DNA from: Patescibacteria group bacterium
Lineage (GTDB): Bacteria > Patescibacteriota > Microgenomatia > UBA12405
Reading direction: 5' to 3'
DNA: 64,000 nucleotides
NCBI GenBank assembly: GCA_018902845.1
Contig: JAHIPV010000007.1
Location: forward strand, 6,989 to 70,988
Positions within the stretch are counted from its first letter, which is position 1. Each line of letters starts with the position of its first letter. A program made the translations under genes and the position numbers. Below, piece by piece: positions 1 through 9,770 of the stretch. A model generated the notes under the pieces. The model was not told the origin of the DNA and did no database searches. It saw only the letters and a program-made list of their open reading frames with translations.

Positions 1-7
1 GTGTGCT

Positions 8-613
8 TTGAATCATTATGGATGGAGAGAAAGAGATAATATTGTGTGGGAGGATTTTTTGGCCGAAGTTCAGGCCGGTTTGGTAATTTGGTTGCCTAGT
101 GGAATAGGTTTTAAGCCGGTTGATGGTTTTGATTTCTTTTTGGCCAGTTCAGATGTTAACAGTGACGGCAGTGAGGCTCAGAGGGTTTTGTTTGATCAGG
201 TAGATTTTGGCGGTGAACTTCAAAAGGCCATGTTTATAGGTGGTGGTGGTGATGGTGCGCGTGATTCAGTAAGATGGATGATTGGATATTCTAAAACAAG
301 TGGTAGGGTGGCGTTTGTAGGTGTGATGAATGATGTTTTTTCCCGAATGGTTAATGAAGCTGGACCGTTTATAACAAATGATAGGATTAGTACTTCTTTG
401 GCTCTTTCTTTGGCTACACTAGCTCGTGGATGTAATATGGGAGATGGTCGCTATGATGCTACTCCGCAACGGGCGGTAAATAGAACGGTTTTGTGGGATG
501 TGAGGTTTTCTGGTGGAAGTGATGAAACTTTGCGTGATTTAATTGAGCCAGTGCTTTTTGAGCAAGGAGGAAATACTTTTCGTACTTCAGTGATTTTTTA
601 TCAAGACAAGTGA
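8..613 (+). CDS. hypothetical protein (start may lie outside window)
   Basis: 201-aa ORF at window edge, no recognisable motif. Confidence 0.5.
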   Translation: MNHYGWRERDNIVWEDFLAEVQAGLVIWLPSGIGFKPVDGFDFFLASSDVNSDGSEAQRVLFDQVDFGGELQKAMFIGGGGDGARDSVRWMIGYSKTSGRVAFVGVMNDVFSRMVNEAGPFITNDRISTSLALSLATLARGCNMGDGRYDATPQRAVNRTVLWDVRFSGGSDETLRDLIEPVLFEQGGNTFRTSVIFYQDK

Positions 614-668
614 AGGGTTTAGGTGAGGCTGGTTTGTTTTTGTAGTTTGGATTGTTGTATTATGATAA

Positions 669-3600
669 GTGATGTTGGGTTTTTTTAAAAGAAAAAGGAT
701 TGTTGGCGGTATTTTGGTTTTATTGGTAGTTTTGGCGTTGGGATTGATTTTGCTTTTTGATAAATTTGGCGGAAAAAGGGATGAATTGCGCTTGTCGGTT
801 AAAAGCGGGATTGAAGATTTGGAAGTAGAGATGATTGATGAGGTTAGATTATTGTCATTGCTCAGAGAGAGAAATTTTGAAGACAGGGGGATTTTTCTTT
901 ATAGTGAAGAGGGAAATGCTTATGTGAAGCCAAAAGAAATAGAAATTGTTTTGACTGATAATTTGCAACCATTTTCTATTCGGAATGACAAAAATGGGAA
1001 TATTGTTAGTTCTTTTGGTACATATTTAGCGGGAGATAAATATAGTTTATATATTTATTGGTCTGATATTTTGTGGAAAGATGCAAAGAAAGAAATTTTG
1101 TCTGTTTTTTTGACTAAAGATGTAGTTACTTTTTTGACTAGACTTACTAAAGATGTGAGTGTGATGGCAGAAGAATATTTAAGCGAGGATGATTATTCTT
1201 TTATAAATCGTTATATGGGTGATATGAAACCTGTGTTCAGGATTTTTAAGAGTGCTGAGAAGTTGTCGTTAAAAAGTATTTTAGTTAAGGAAGCGATGGC
1301 GGTGTGTCAGGGATGGTATGATTGTGGAACTTGGCATCCGGCCGGAGGTTGTACCTGTAGTGCCGGTTCGCAGTATGATTATTTATGTAATAATAATGGA
1401 GATGTATGTGGAGTTTACCCGTATACTGGTACTTGTAGTGGCTGTTCTCCTGAGTATTGTGGTTCGCCCACGACTCGTTCCGGACCTTGTGGTGGAACGA
1501 CGGTCAGTACCTGTACTAATGTTTGTGGTTGGAGTGGAGAGTGTACGATTAATAATGGGTGTTATTGGGTTTATCCGACAAGTACTCCGCGACCGCCTAC
1601 CAATACACCCATATCACCTCCGACGAACACTCCACCGCCAGGGTCAACAAATACGCCTATACCACCTCCAACAAATACTCCTCCACCTGGGTCAACAAGT
1701 ACGCCAATACCTCCTCCGACAAATACTCCTCCGCCAGGGGCGACAAATACTCCTACTCCGCGACCGCCTACCAATACACCTACTTTGCGTCCTACACCGA
1801 CAGGTACTTGCGCTCCTGACTGTTCTTGTGCTTCCAGTACTTGTGTGGGATCGAGTTGTCCTGATGGTTGTGGGGGTTGGTGTTCGGGGACCTTGCCACA
1901 GCTGGCCGGAACATGGAGTTCGTGGAGTTCCTGTTCTGCTTGTATTCAGACCAGAACTTGCACTTTAGGACAATGTGGTGGCGCTTGTGTCGGGTCGAGT
2001 AGCAGGGCCTGTGGTTTGGTTGATGGGGGCTGGAGTAGTTGGGATGATGATTGTTCCACCGCTTGTGGTCAAACCAGGTATCGCACTTGTACTAATCCGC
2101 CTCCGGCTTGTGGAGGAGCGGATTGTGTTGGTAGTAGCTCTGATGTTTGTTCTGATGCTGATGATGGGTCACCGGCAATAACAGTGATAAGTTCACCCAG
2201 CGGAACTCAATCTAATCCGACTAACTTAGGTCAAATTACGGTGGTTCCCTTGAATTGGAATCAGAATTCCAGTTCTTTGACTGATTATTATCAGGTTCGA
2301 GTTTATGACTCGTCTGATAATTTGGATTGGAGTGATAACTATGTTAGTGGCAGATCGACGACCAGTGTGACCACTGGAAGTTTGGCCTTGGGAGAGGTTT
2401 ATCATTGGAGAGTCAGGGCGGTGAATAATGACTGTGGAATTGATTATGGGGCTTGGTCTTCTTATGGATACTTTAGATTAAATACAGAACCGGAGCTTGA
2501 TGATTTTGAAGTCAGAAATGATGACGATGATATAGTTCCGGCTGATTCGGCTGATCCCGGTGACGGTGATGACAGGTATCAGATTTGTGATGTTGAGTTT
2601 ATACAGGGAGGGAGTCATAGCAGGCAGGTTAGGTTTGTAATAGAAGTAACTGATGATGACGGTGTTAATGAAATAGAGGAAATTTCTTTGAGATTGGATG
2701 GGGCCGGTAGTGTAACTGTGAGCAATTTGACCACAAGTCCGGTTTCTTCTTTTACCGGTGGCGGTTGGAGTATTTATAGCGCTGTGGAGGTAAGTTTGGT
2801 TGGAGGAAATTTAAGAGTGGTTTTCCCGATGGAATTTAATGAAGACTTTGATAATGTTAATATTTATGATGTGGACGTTAGGGTGGAAGATGTTTATGGT
2901 GATAGTAGCGGTTGGGAAGATACCGGTACGAATTTTATGGTGTGGAGTTGTCAGGTTTGCGATGTAGGAGGGAATTTGTATGACGCTAGTTTAACTCCAT
3001 TTGCATGGCCGGTTTGTCCTGATGAGGGTTATAGTATTTTGGGGGAAGATATGAATTTGACTTCTGTCGTTTTTGAGGGAGCTGGGATAGCTGATGTAGA
3101 TATGGAGGTGATTTCCGATAATGAATATATTAGAACTGGTGATTGTTTAATTTGGGGTTATGTTTATACTCCTGAACTTAATAGTGATTTGAGAGGGAGT
3201 ATCCCGGTGATTAGAGTGACTGATGTTGGATCCGGGGTAGTTAGGGATTGTGACAATGATGTTGATATGACAGATAGTGATGGAGATGTTGACCCTTACT
3301 CGGCTGTTCCGTCATTACAGGTTGATTTTTCCTCAGTTAGAGATCAAGATGCTTGGTATCAGGTGGTTGGTTGTGGTGGTAAAGCCGGACAGTTGTTAGT
3401 TGATAATGTTCCCAACACTTGCGCAGTGGATGTAGATTGTATTGAATCTTTGTCAATAAATTCAACTAGAATGGCAAATGGTTTAGTGGTAGCTCCGGTT
3501 GTGAGAAATAATAGTGGTTGTGGAGACAATTGTAGTTTTTCTGATCCAAATGATTGGTATGCCCAGATTGACACTAGTGTAAACCTGGGCACTTATCAAG

Positions 3601-4046
3601 ATTTGTATAGTGAATATTTTGTTAATTTGGGACTTGGTGTTACTTATGTTTCAAATACTACAATGAGTGATATAGAATCAGATGTTGGAGGAAGAGGAAT
3701 AGTATTTGTAAATGGAAATTTGGTTGTTGATGTTAATAACAATATTCCTGTGGGTGAATTTTTGATGGTGATCGTCAGTGGAGATATAAGTATTAACGAA
3801 AGTGTTTCTAATACAGAAGGTGTTTTTGTCAGCGATGGAAGTGTAATAGCAGGCGGAGAATCGGATAATCAGCTTACTATTGAGGGTGTGGTGATGGCCG
3901 GGGTGGATGCAATTTTTACTCGAAGTTATGTTGACCATGTTAACAATAATACCAGTCCTGCCGTGATATTTTCTTATCGTCCAGATTTTATATTTACAAT
4001 GCCAAGTGAGTTATTTGGTGGATTAATTGAGTGGAGGGAGGACTGA
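669..4046 (+). CDS. large Cys-rich surface protein/putative pilus-associated adhesin (N-terminal TM, Pro/Thr linker, TSP1-like repeats, Fn3-like domain)
   Basis: TM helix at N-terminus; PPTNTPPPG repeats; WSSWSSCS..C and DGGWSSW..CS..CG..R.R.C motifs; YHWRVRAVN; directly upstream of pil genes. Confidence 0.75.
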   Translation: MMLGFFKRKRIVGGILVLLVVLALGLILLFDKFGGKRDELRLSVKSGIEDLEVEMIDEVRLLSLLRERNFEDRGIFLYSEEGNAYVKPKEIEIVLTDNLQPFSIRNDKNGNIVSSFGTYLAGDKYSLYIYWSDILWKDAKKEILSVFLTKDVVTFLTRLTKDVSVMAEEYLSEDDYSFINRYMGDMKPVFRIFKSAEKLSLKSILVKEAMAVCQGWYDCGTWHPAGGCTCSAGSQYDYLCNNNGDVCGVYPYTGTCSGCSPEYCGSPTTRSGPCGGTTVSTCTNVCGWSGECTINNGCYWVYPTSTPRPPTNTPISPPTNTPPPGSTNTPIPPPTNTPPPGSTSTPIPPPTNTPPPGATNTPTPRPPTNTPTLRPTPTGTCAPDCSCASSTCVGSSCPDGCGGWCSGTLPQLAGTWSSWSSCSACIQTRTCTLGQCGGACVGSSSRACGLVDGGWSSWDDDCSTACGQTRYRTCTNPPPACGGADCVGSSSDVCSDADDGSPAITVISSPSGTQSNPTNLGQITVVPLNWNQNSSSLTDYYQVRVYDSSDNLDWSDNYVSGRSTTSVTTGSLALGEVYHWRVRAVNNDCGIDYGAWSSYGYFRLNTEPELDDFEVRNDDDDIVPADSADPGDGDDRYQICDVEFIQGGSHSRQVRFVIEVTDDDGVNEIEEISLRLDGAGSVTVSNLTTSPVSSFTGGGWSIYSAVEVSLVGGNLRVVFPMEFNEDFDNVNIYDVDVRVEDVYGDSSGWEDTGTNFMVWSCQVCDVGGNLYDASLTPFAWPVCPDEGYSILGEDMNLTSVVFEGAGIADVDMEVISDNEYIRTGDCLIWGYVYTPELNSDLRGSIPVIRVTDVGSGVVRDCDNDVDMTDSDGDVDPYSAVPSLQVDFSSVRDQDAWYQVVGCGGKAGQLLVDNVPNTCAVDVDCIESLSINSTRMANGLVVAPVVRNNSGCGDNCSFSDPNDWYAQIDTSVNLGTYQDLYSEYFVNLGLGVTYVSNTTMSDIESDVGGRGIVFVNGNLVVDVNNNIPVGEFLMVIVSGDISINESVSNTEGVFVSDGSVIAGGESDNQLTIEGVVMAGVDAIFTRSYVDHVNNNTSPAVIFSYRPDFIFTMPSELFGGLIEWRED
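1580..1800 (+). repeat. ~45-bp coding tandem repeat (PPTNTPPPGSTNTPI-type linker)
   Basis: 3-4 degenerate repeat units seen in DNA and protein. Confidence 0.85.
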
Positions 4047-4464
4047 AAATTTTTAATTTTTAATTTTTAATTTCTAAACAAAAATGATAAAGTATGATTT
4101 AGAGGAAAGAACGGCAAAGTTTGGTGAAAATATTATTGTTTTTGTTAAGAACATAAAAAAAACTGTTGTTGTTTTACCATTAATTCAGCAGTTAGTTAGA
4201 TCGGCAACCAGTATTGGTGCCAATTATTATGAAGCGAATCAGGCTAGTTCCAAAAAGGACTTTGTGAGTAAGGTTTATATTTCAAAAAAAGAAGCAAATG
4301 AGACCAAGTATTGGTTAAGAATGCTTAGTAAGGCAGATGATAAAGTTCAAGAAACTTGTTTAAAATATTTGAAAGAAGTGCAGGAATTGATATTGATATT
4401 TTCTAAAATTATTAATTCAGCAAAAAAAGGTGTTTAAAAATTTGAAATTTAAAATTAAAAATTT
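4047..4464. mobile_element. four-helix-bundle gene cassette bounded by 34-bp imperfect AT-rich inverted repeats
   Basis: 4047-4080 is the reverse complement of 4431-4464 with 4 mismatches; mobility inferred. Confidence 0.55.
4084..4437 (+). CDS. four helix bundle protein (23S rRNA IVS/Avd-like family)
   Basis: YDLEERT, QLVRSATSIGANYYEA, SKKEANETKYWL motifs. Confidence 0.9.
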   Translation: MIKYDLEERTAKFGENIIVFVKNIKKTVVVLPLIQQLVRSATSIGANYYEANQASSKKDFVSKVYISKKEANETKYWLRMLSKADDKVQETCLKYLKEVQELILIFSKIINSAKKGV

Positions 4465-5296
4465 AGGATGTCAATCCAGCGGGCAGGTGGCTTTGGTGGT
4501 GTTAGTGTTGGTGGCGGTGTCCTTGGCTTTGGGTTTGTCCGTTTCAAGTGAAGTTGTAACAGAAACTAAAATTGATAAAGACGAGGAATTGTTAAAACAA
4601 GCTTTTAATGCGGCTGAATCTGGAATTGAGTTTTATCTGGGAACGGGAGAAACTAACTATGAAGCTCCTGATGGTCAATCGAAGGCTGATGTTAGTATTG
4701 ATGATATTGGCGGTGGCGGAGAAACTGTTTTAGACTTTGATGAATATACAGTGGTTAATGATATGGCAAATTTTTGGCTAGTGAGCCACGAAAGTGACGG
4801 AAGCTTGGATTACGATAACAGTATGGGTGAAAATTTTACCGGTAATGGGCTTACTGTTTGTTTGAACGATTCATTTAATAGTACTATTGAGGTCAGTTAT
4901 TTTTATAGAGATGGGATAGACTATGGGGTAGAGAGATGGATTTATGAATTTGGTACCAATGGTGGGATGGTTAACGGTGCTTTGTCTTCGATAGATAGTG
5001 GTGTGTGTGGAAGTGGTTGGGTAGGGGCGGATTTGGATTTGAGTAGTTTGGGTGATACTCCCCTGTTGTTGTCTGTGAGGCCATTGTTTAATTCAGTTCG
5101 GATTAGTCTTAATGGAGGCGCTTTTTCTTTTCCCGGCCAAGGAATAGTGATTAGTTCTGTTGGTAGGGCCGGAAAAGTTGAAGCTATGGGAGAGGCTGTT
5201 GACAGAAGAGTATCAGTATCAAGAATATGGGGTGGAAGTATTTTGGATTTTATGGTGGATGGTTTGGTGGTTGAAAGAGATCTTAGTTCTGAATAG
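4430..5296 (+). CDS. PilX-like minor pilin
   Basis: prepilin-like SG|QVALVVLVL hydrophobic segment; AFNAAESGIE motif. Confidence 0.75.
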   Translation: MFKNLKFKIKNLGCQSSGQVALVVLVLVAVSLALGLSVSSEVVTETKIDKDEELLKQAFNAAESGIEFYLGTGETNYEAPDGQSKADVSIDDIGGGGETVLDFDEYTVVNDMANFWLVSHESDGSLDYDNSMGENFTGNGLTVCLNDSFNSTIEVSYFYRDGIDYGVERWIYEFGTNGGMVNGALSSIDSGVCGSGWVGADLDLSSLGDTPLLLSVRPLFNSVRISLNGGAFSFPGQGIVISSVGRAGKVEAMGEAVDRRVSVSRIWGGSILDFMVDGLVVERDLSSE

Positions 5297-5322
5297 TCCA
5301 CCACAGGAGGTTATACTAATTT

Positions 5323-6345
5323 ATGAAAGATTTTTTAGGTATAGATGTTGGTAGAGGAAGTATTAAGATAGTGGCTTTGTCAAAAGAAGCTGAGAGTTTA
5401 GAATTAAGAGGTATTGGTGAAACACAAACGAACAACACTGATTGGACTAGTGGAGATAATAAACAAATAAAGGAATTAGCCAGTGATATAAAACTTTTAT
5501 TGCGGGATATGAAATTGAAAGATAGTTTTGCAGCAGTTTCTTTACCGGAAAATGAGGTGATTAGTAGATTGGTTAAGTTGCCACCTCTCAAAAAGAACGA
5601 AATAAAAGAAGCCTTGCGTTTTGAGGCGGAGACATTTGTTCCTTATCCTTTGGATGAGGTATCGATAGACTATGACGTGGTTGAGGAAGATGAAGCCGGA
5701 AGGCTTTTGGTTTTTGCCATTGCGGCAAAAAACAATTTGATTCAATATTACTTAAAATTATTTAAGTCAGTTGGGGTTGAATTATTGTCTTTAGAATCTT
5801 CTTCTCTAGCAATAAAGAGAGTGGCAAACCAAGTTGTTGGAACTGAAAGTCATGTTTTGTTGATGGATATAGGGGAGAAATACTCTTCGGTGGTTTGTTT
5901 GAACAAAGGACAAATTTATTACACCAGAACTATTCCTGCCGGAGGAGAATCTTTAACTAGGTCCATTTCTGTCAATTTGGGTTTAGATATGGTCTCTGCC
6001 GAAGAATACAAAAAGGCATATGGAATGAATCCTTTGGAATTGGAGGGGAAGATAAAGAACGCTGTTTTACCGGTTTTTAACAGTATAGCCGAAGAATTGA
6101 GAAAAACTATAGTTTCCTATCGGGAAGAATGGCAAAATTCGATTGGATTGTTGATTTTAAGTGGAGGAGGGGCGAATATGCCTGGTTTTGCGGAGGAGTT
6201 GACTAAGGTTTTGGGGATTGAAGTTCAAGTAATGCAACCTTTTTTGAGAGTTGATACCACAAAATTGGTATTACCGGTTGATATTAATAGTGAAGGATGC
6301 CGTTTTGCTTTAGCAGTTGGTTTGGCAATGAGGGGGTTAGTTTAA
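5323..6345 (+). CDS. pilM: type IV pilus assembly protein PilM
   Basis: GIDVGRGSIKIV, actin-like ILSGGGA, ALAVGLAMR. Confidence 0.92.
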   Translation: MKDFLGIDVGRGSIKIVALSKEAESLELRGIGETQTNNTDWTSGDNKQIKELASDIKLLLRDMKLKDSFAAVSLPENEVISRLVKLPPLKKNEIKEALRFEAETFVPYPLDEVSIDYDVVEEDEAGRLLVFAIAAKNNLIQYYLKLFKSVGVELLSLESSSLAIKRVANQVVGTESHVLLMDIGEKYSSVVCLNKGQIYYTRTIPAGGESLTRSISVNLGLDMVSAEEYKKAYGMNPLELEGKIKNAVLPVFNSIAEELRKTIVSYREEWQNSIGLLILSGGGANMPGFAEELTKVLGIEVQVMQPFLRVDTTKLVLPVDINSEGCRFALAVGLAMRGLV

Positions 6346-6346
6346 A

Positions 6347-6883
6347 ATGTCTTTAAATTTATTGCCAAATGCGGCAAAATTTCAAAACGATAAAATTAAA
6401 GTTAAGAAAAGAGTTGGTTTGATTGTGATAATAATTTTATCTTTACAGGTTTTACTTTTATTGACGGTTTTTGTGTGGAACTTGATTGTTAAGGATTTTG
6501 TAACGAGAAATACAAAAAGATATAAAGAATCTGTGGCAGTTTATGAGTCTTTGTCAAATAAACTAGTTTTGAGTTATAAACTGAAACAAGGCATTGGAAT
6601 ATTGAGTGGTATTTTTGATACCAGATTTAAATATTCTGATGTTTTTGACAAGATTGATGAATTGTTTCCACCCGGAGTTGATCTTGTGTCTTTTGAATTA
6701 AAAGGTAAAAAGAGTTTTGTATTGGAAGGAAGTACTTTTGGTTTTGAATCTTTGGATGAGATTGAAGATATAATTGAAAGGATTAAGGAAGGTAAGGATA
6801 AAAATTTTAGGTCGGTGAATCTTAGCAGTTTATTGGTGGTTGATGACCATTGGAGTTTTAGGATGGAGGTGTTTTTAAGATGA
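6347..6883 (+). CDS. pilN: PilN-like pilus assembly protein
   Basis: LNLLP N-terminal motif plus TM, follows pilM. Confidence 0.75.
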   Translation: MSLNLLPNAAKFQNDKIKVKKRVGLIVIIILSLQVLLLLTVFVWNLIVKDFVTRNTKRYKESVAVYESLSNKLVLSYKLKQGIGILSGIFDTRFKYSDVFDKIDELFPPGVDLVSFELKGKKSFVLEGSTFGFESLDEIEDIIERIKEGKDKNFRSVNLSSLLVVDDHWSFRMEVFLR

Positions 6884-7629
6884 AAATTTTTGACAACAAA
6901 ATATTTGGATTAGAACTAAAAATGTATAAACTTTTTTGGCCCATTGCTTTGGTTGGGATTGTTTTTTTCCTTAGTTTGAAGGTTTTTATATTACCAAAAA
7001 TCGATGAGATAAGTGATTTGAATAAAAAAGTTTCCAGAATGAAAAACGAAGTCGTTGGATTGGAAGAGAAGTTGTTGTATTTGGAGGGGCTTGACGAAGA
7101 TAGTCTTAATAAAAGATTATTATTGCTGGATATTGCTTTACCTAAGAAAAAGGATGTTTATTTTTTGGTAAATGTGATTGATAGTATCGCCAAAAAATAT
7201 CGTTTTAGTACGGATAGTTTTTCTGTTTCCCCCGGGGAACTGAATAGTGATGAAAATGTTGTATCTGGACCCAAACTGGCCAATATTCCCGTGGATGTTG
7301 TTTTGTATGGACCCGAAGACAAGTATTTGGATTTTCTTAAAGGAATAGAGGAATCTTTACCTGTTTTGGTTATTAATCAGTTTGAAATGACGACTACAAA
7401 TAACGTGGTTAAAATAGAATTGAGTGTTTCTACTTTTTTTGTAAATGAAGGGGGCAATGATATTGATTCTTTAGCATTAAAAGATTTTAAGCTGAGTAAA
7501 GAAGAGGAGGAGTTGTTTACTGAGTTGAACAGTTTTGAAGGATTGGAATTGTTTTTGAACAGGGAAAGTTGGCAATCAGAAGAAGAACAGTATGTTAGGT
7601 ATGAGAAGAGGGATCCGTTTCGTCCTTAA
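6880..7629 (+). CDS. pilO: PilO-like pilus assembly protein
   Basis: TM plus coiled coil plus ALP motif, third gene of pilMNO. Confidence 0.7.
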   Translation: MKIFDNKIFGLELKMYKLFWPIALVGIVFFLSLKVFILPKIDEISDLNKKVSRMKNEVVGLEEKLLYLEGLDEDSLNKRLLLLDIALPKKKDVYFLVNVIDSIAKKYRFSTDSFSVSPGELNSDENVVSGPKLANIPVDVVLYGPEDKYLDFLKGIEESLPVLVINQFEMTTTNNVVKIELSVSTFFVNEGGNDIDSLALKDFKLSKEEEELFTELNSFEGLELFLNRESWQSEEEQYVRYEKRDPFRP

Positions 7630-7861
7630 CTTGAATGTTGAATTTTTGTTGAGGATAAGATGATGTCATCAGTGTTCTTATTGATTTTATTATTTTGCCT
7701 TCTTTACCGATTATTTGACCCAAAAGTTCGCTTGGAGCTATGATTTCAAAAGTTGTAATGCCGGGTATTGGAGTGTCGTTGGTTTTTTTTATTGTAAGTT
7801 TTTTTGAATTTTCTAAAATAGCGTCTAGTAAATAAAAAAGGGTTTTTTGTGGAGAATTCAT
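7595..7861 (-). CDS. khpA: KH-domain RNA-binding protein KhpA (start re-called at ATG 7861)
   Basis: GQIIGKEGKIIKSIR; directly downstream of rpsP. Confidence 0.8.
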   Translation of the reverse strand: MNSPQKTLFYLLDAILENSKKLTIKKTNDTPIPGITTFEIIAPSELLGQIIGKEGKIIKSIRTLMTSSYPQQKFNIQVKDETDPSSHT

Positions 7862-7862
7862 A

Positions 7863-8198
7863 TTATTTTGTTTCCTCTTTTTTGGCTTCTGTGGTTTTGG
7901 GAATGATTGTTTCCTTGTTTTTGTGGGCGACCGCAAGGGTCGCCCCTACATTCTTTTTTTTCTTGATGGGATACTTTTCTGGATGGAGAAGTTTGTCTAC
8001 GCCTTCTGATATTTGAGCACCTTTTTTAACCCAACTTTCCATTGCTTCTTTGTCTATTTTGAGTGTTTTTGTTTGTGGTGTATAGAAGCCCAGGTCTTCT
8101 AAAAATTTTCCGTTTGCTTTCTTTTGTTTTTCAGTAACCACAATTCTGAAAGTTCGTTGGTGTTTTTTTCCTTTTGGAAATAATCTTATTCTTAGCAT
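7863..8198 (-). CDS. rpsP: 30S ribosomal protein S16
   Basis: MLRIRL..GKKHQRTFRIVV, EDLGFYTP; C-tail contains REP-like insert. Confidence 0.95.
   Translation of the reverse strand: MLRIRLFPKGKKHQRTFRIVVTEKQKKANGKFLEDLGFYTPQTKTLKIDKEAMESWVKKGAQISEGVDKLLHPEKYPIKKKKNVGATLAVAHKNKETIIPKTTEAKKEETK
7925..7950. repeat. REP-like 26-bp palindrome GGGCGACCGCAAGGGTCGCCCCTACA (identical copies 9268-9293, 14111-14136, 19341-19366)
   Basis: four identical copies; GTAG-terminated hairpin. Confidence 0.92.
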
Positions 8199-8268
8199 GG
8201 TAGGTATTATATCATTTGAAATTTTTAATTTCTAATTTTTAATTTCTAAAATTGTTGAGCAAAGGTTT

Positions 8269-8952
8269 TTATATTTTTTCAATAGCAGCGCGGGATGCTG
8301 CCTCTTGGGCTAGTTGTTTTGATCGACCTTTTCCTTTGGCTATTAGTTTTTTGTTTAAATAAACTGCTACATTGAAAATTTTTTGGTGATCTGGACCTGT
8401 TTCTTTGAGAGTTTTGTAGTGAGGTGTTATGTTTTTCTTTTCCTGAGCCAATTCTTGAAAAAGACTTTTTGGATCTTTGTAAACTTTTCGTTGGGCGAAA
8501 GTTTTGATTGTTGGTAATAGAAATTTGTCTAAAAATTTTTCAACGGCTTTGGATCCTTTGTCGAGATAAATAGCACCTATTATGGCTTCAAGACTATCTG
8601 CCAATATTGATTTGTTCGATTGGCCATTGTTTTTTTGTTCTCCATTGCTTAAAAACAGATAATCTCCTATTTTCAGTTTTTTTGCTATATCAGCCAGATT
8701 ATTGGTACAAACTACGAGAGCTCTTAAATTGGTAAGTTTGCCTTCTGGGTAATCAGGAAAGAGATCGAATAATTTTTTGGATGCCCATAGTTCAAGAACT
8801 GCATCGCCCAAGAATTCGTATCGTTCATTTGATTCCAGTTTGATATTTTTATATTCGTTTAAATAGGAGCGATGAATGAGAGCTTTTTGTAATTTGTCAA
8901 TGCTTTTAAATTTAGTTTTTAGTTTTTTTTCTAGTTGTTTTATTTTTTTCAT
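8269..8952 (-). CDS. rnc: ribonuclease III (start re-called at ATG 8952)
   Basis: NERYEFLGDAVL, ADSLEAIIGA, dsRBD GPDH. Confidence 0.95.
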   Translation of the reverse strand: MKKIKQLEKKLKTKFKSIDKLQKALIHRSYLNEYKNIKLESNERYEFLGDAVLELWASKKLFDLFPDYPEGKLTNLRALVVCTNNLADIAKKLKIGDYLFLSNGEQKNNGQSNKSILADSLEAIIGAIYLDKGSKAVEKFLDKFLLPTIKTFAQRKVYKDPKSLFQELAQEKKNITPHYKTLKETGPDHQKIFNVAVYLNKKLIAKGKGRSKQLAQEAASRAAIEKI

Positions 8953-9421
8953 GTTCCTCCAGAGGCGGACTGCGCGTTCGCTTGTTATTAGGTCTAATTT
9001 TTGACAAGCCGGTGCCAAGGACGCCATTTATAAAAGAAGCAGAGGTTTGAGCACTGAATTCTTTAGCCAGCTCGATGGCTTCATCAATAATAACTTTGGT
9101 TGGTGTTTTGGGTTTGTGAAGTAATTCCCAACAGGCGGTTCTTAGAATTGCCAGATCGACCTTGTTAATTTGCTCCAGTGGCCATTTGGGTGCACTGTCT
9201 TTGATAATTTTATCTATTTTTTTGATATTTTTGATGATGGCAGAGAAATCTTTGTTTTTTCCAAAGCGGGCGACCGCAAGGGTCGCCCCTACATTGGATG
9301 GTTTTGCTCTTTTCGTGGCAGATAAGCTTGTTTGTTTGTTTGGGGTTTGGAATTGCCAGGCAAAAACAGAACGCATGGTTTTTAGTCGGTGGACATGACG
9401 AGGATCTTTTTTGCTTTTCAC
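8912..9421 (-). CDS. nusB: transcription antitermination factor NusB
   Basis: VDLAILR, VIIDEAIELAKEF, FINGVLG; contains two palindromic inserts. Confidence 0.92.
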   Translation of the reverse strand: MKSKKDPRHVHRLKTMRSVFAWQFQTPNKQTSLSATKRAKPSNVGATLAVARFGKNKDFSAIIKNIKKIDKIIKDSAPKWPLEQINKVDLAILRTACWELLHKPKTPTKVIIDEAIELAKEFSAQTSASFINGVLGTGLSKIRPNNKRTRSPPLEEHEKNKTTRKKTKN

Positions 9422-9573
9422 TGTTTACAATTTGGGCACTGAAAGTCGGCCAGCTTGGGCTGTTGACAGTGTTTGCATAAAATTGCGTTTTCCAGTTTTT
9501 TTGAGTTTTTTTGGGAAGCACGCCTTTTGCCTTGTCGGCGGGAACTAGGCCAATGTTTTGGTACTGCTGTCAT
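9418..9573 (-). CDS. rpmF: 50S ribosomal protein L32 (not in ORF track)
   Basis: translated by hand: MTAVPKHWPSSRRQGKRRA...CKHC...CPNCKQ, 51 aa, rpmF-nusB-rnc context. Confidence 0.88.
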   Translation of the reverse strand: MTAVPKHWPSSRRQGKRRASQKNSKKLENAILCKHCQQPKLADFQCPNCKQ

Positions 9574-9660
9574 GAGGGTAGTTTATCAAAAAAAAAGTTT
9601 AAAGTAAAAAGTAAGACTAAGTTGAAATTGTTGAGTGTTATTTTTTACGTTTCTCGTGTT

Positions 9661-9764
9661 GTCATCCTGAGCGTGAGCGAAGGATCTAGTGTTAGCGTTT
9701 AAATACGGCACTTTGTGCCTAGATTCTTCACTTCGTTCAGAATGACGTAGTAGGTCGGGATGAC
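9661..9764. repeat. GTCATCCTGAG...CAGAATGAC long palindromic element plus GGTCGGGATGAC half copy
   Basis: inverted arms 9661-9689 and 9719-9746; related to 14161-14330, 20501-20530, 20934-20960, 24211-24313. Confidence 0.85.
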
Positions 9765-9770
9765 AGTGGT

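Noticed and set aside
1318-3938. Alternate-frame and antisense ORFs inside the adhesin (and similar ones inside other long genes)
   Set aside because: Explained by repeats and strand bias; no motifs
4084-4437. Diversity-generating retroelement
   Set aside because: Avd-like fold only; no reverse transcriptase or TR/VR pair seen. recG repeat differences are synonymous, not adenine-specific
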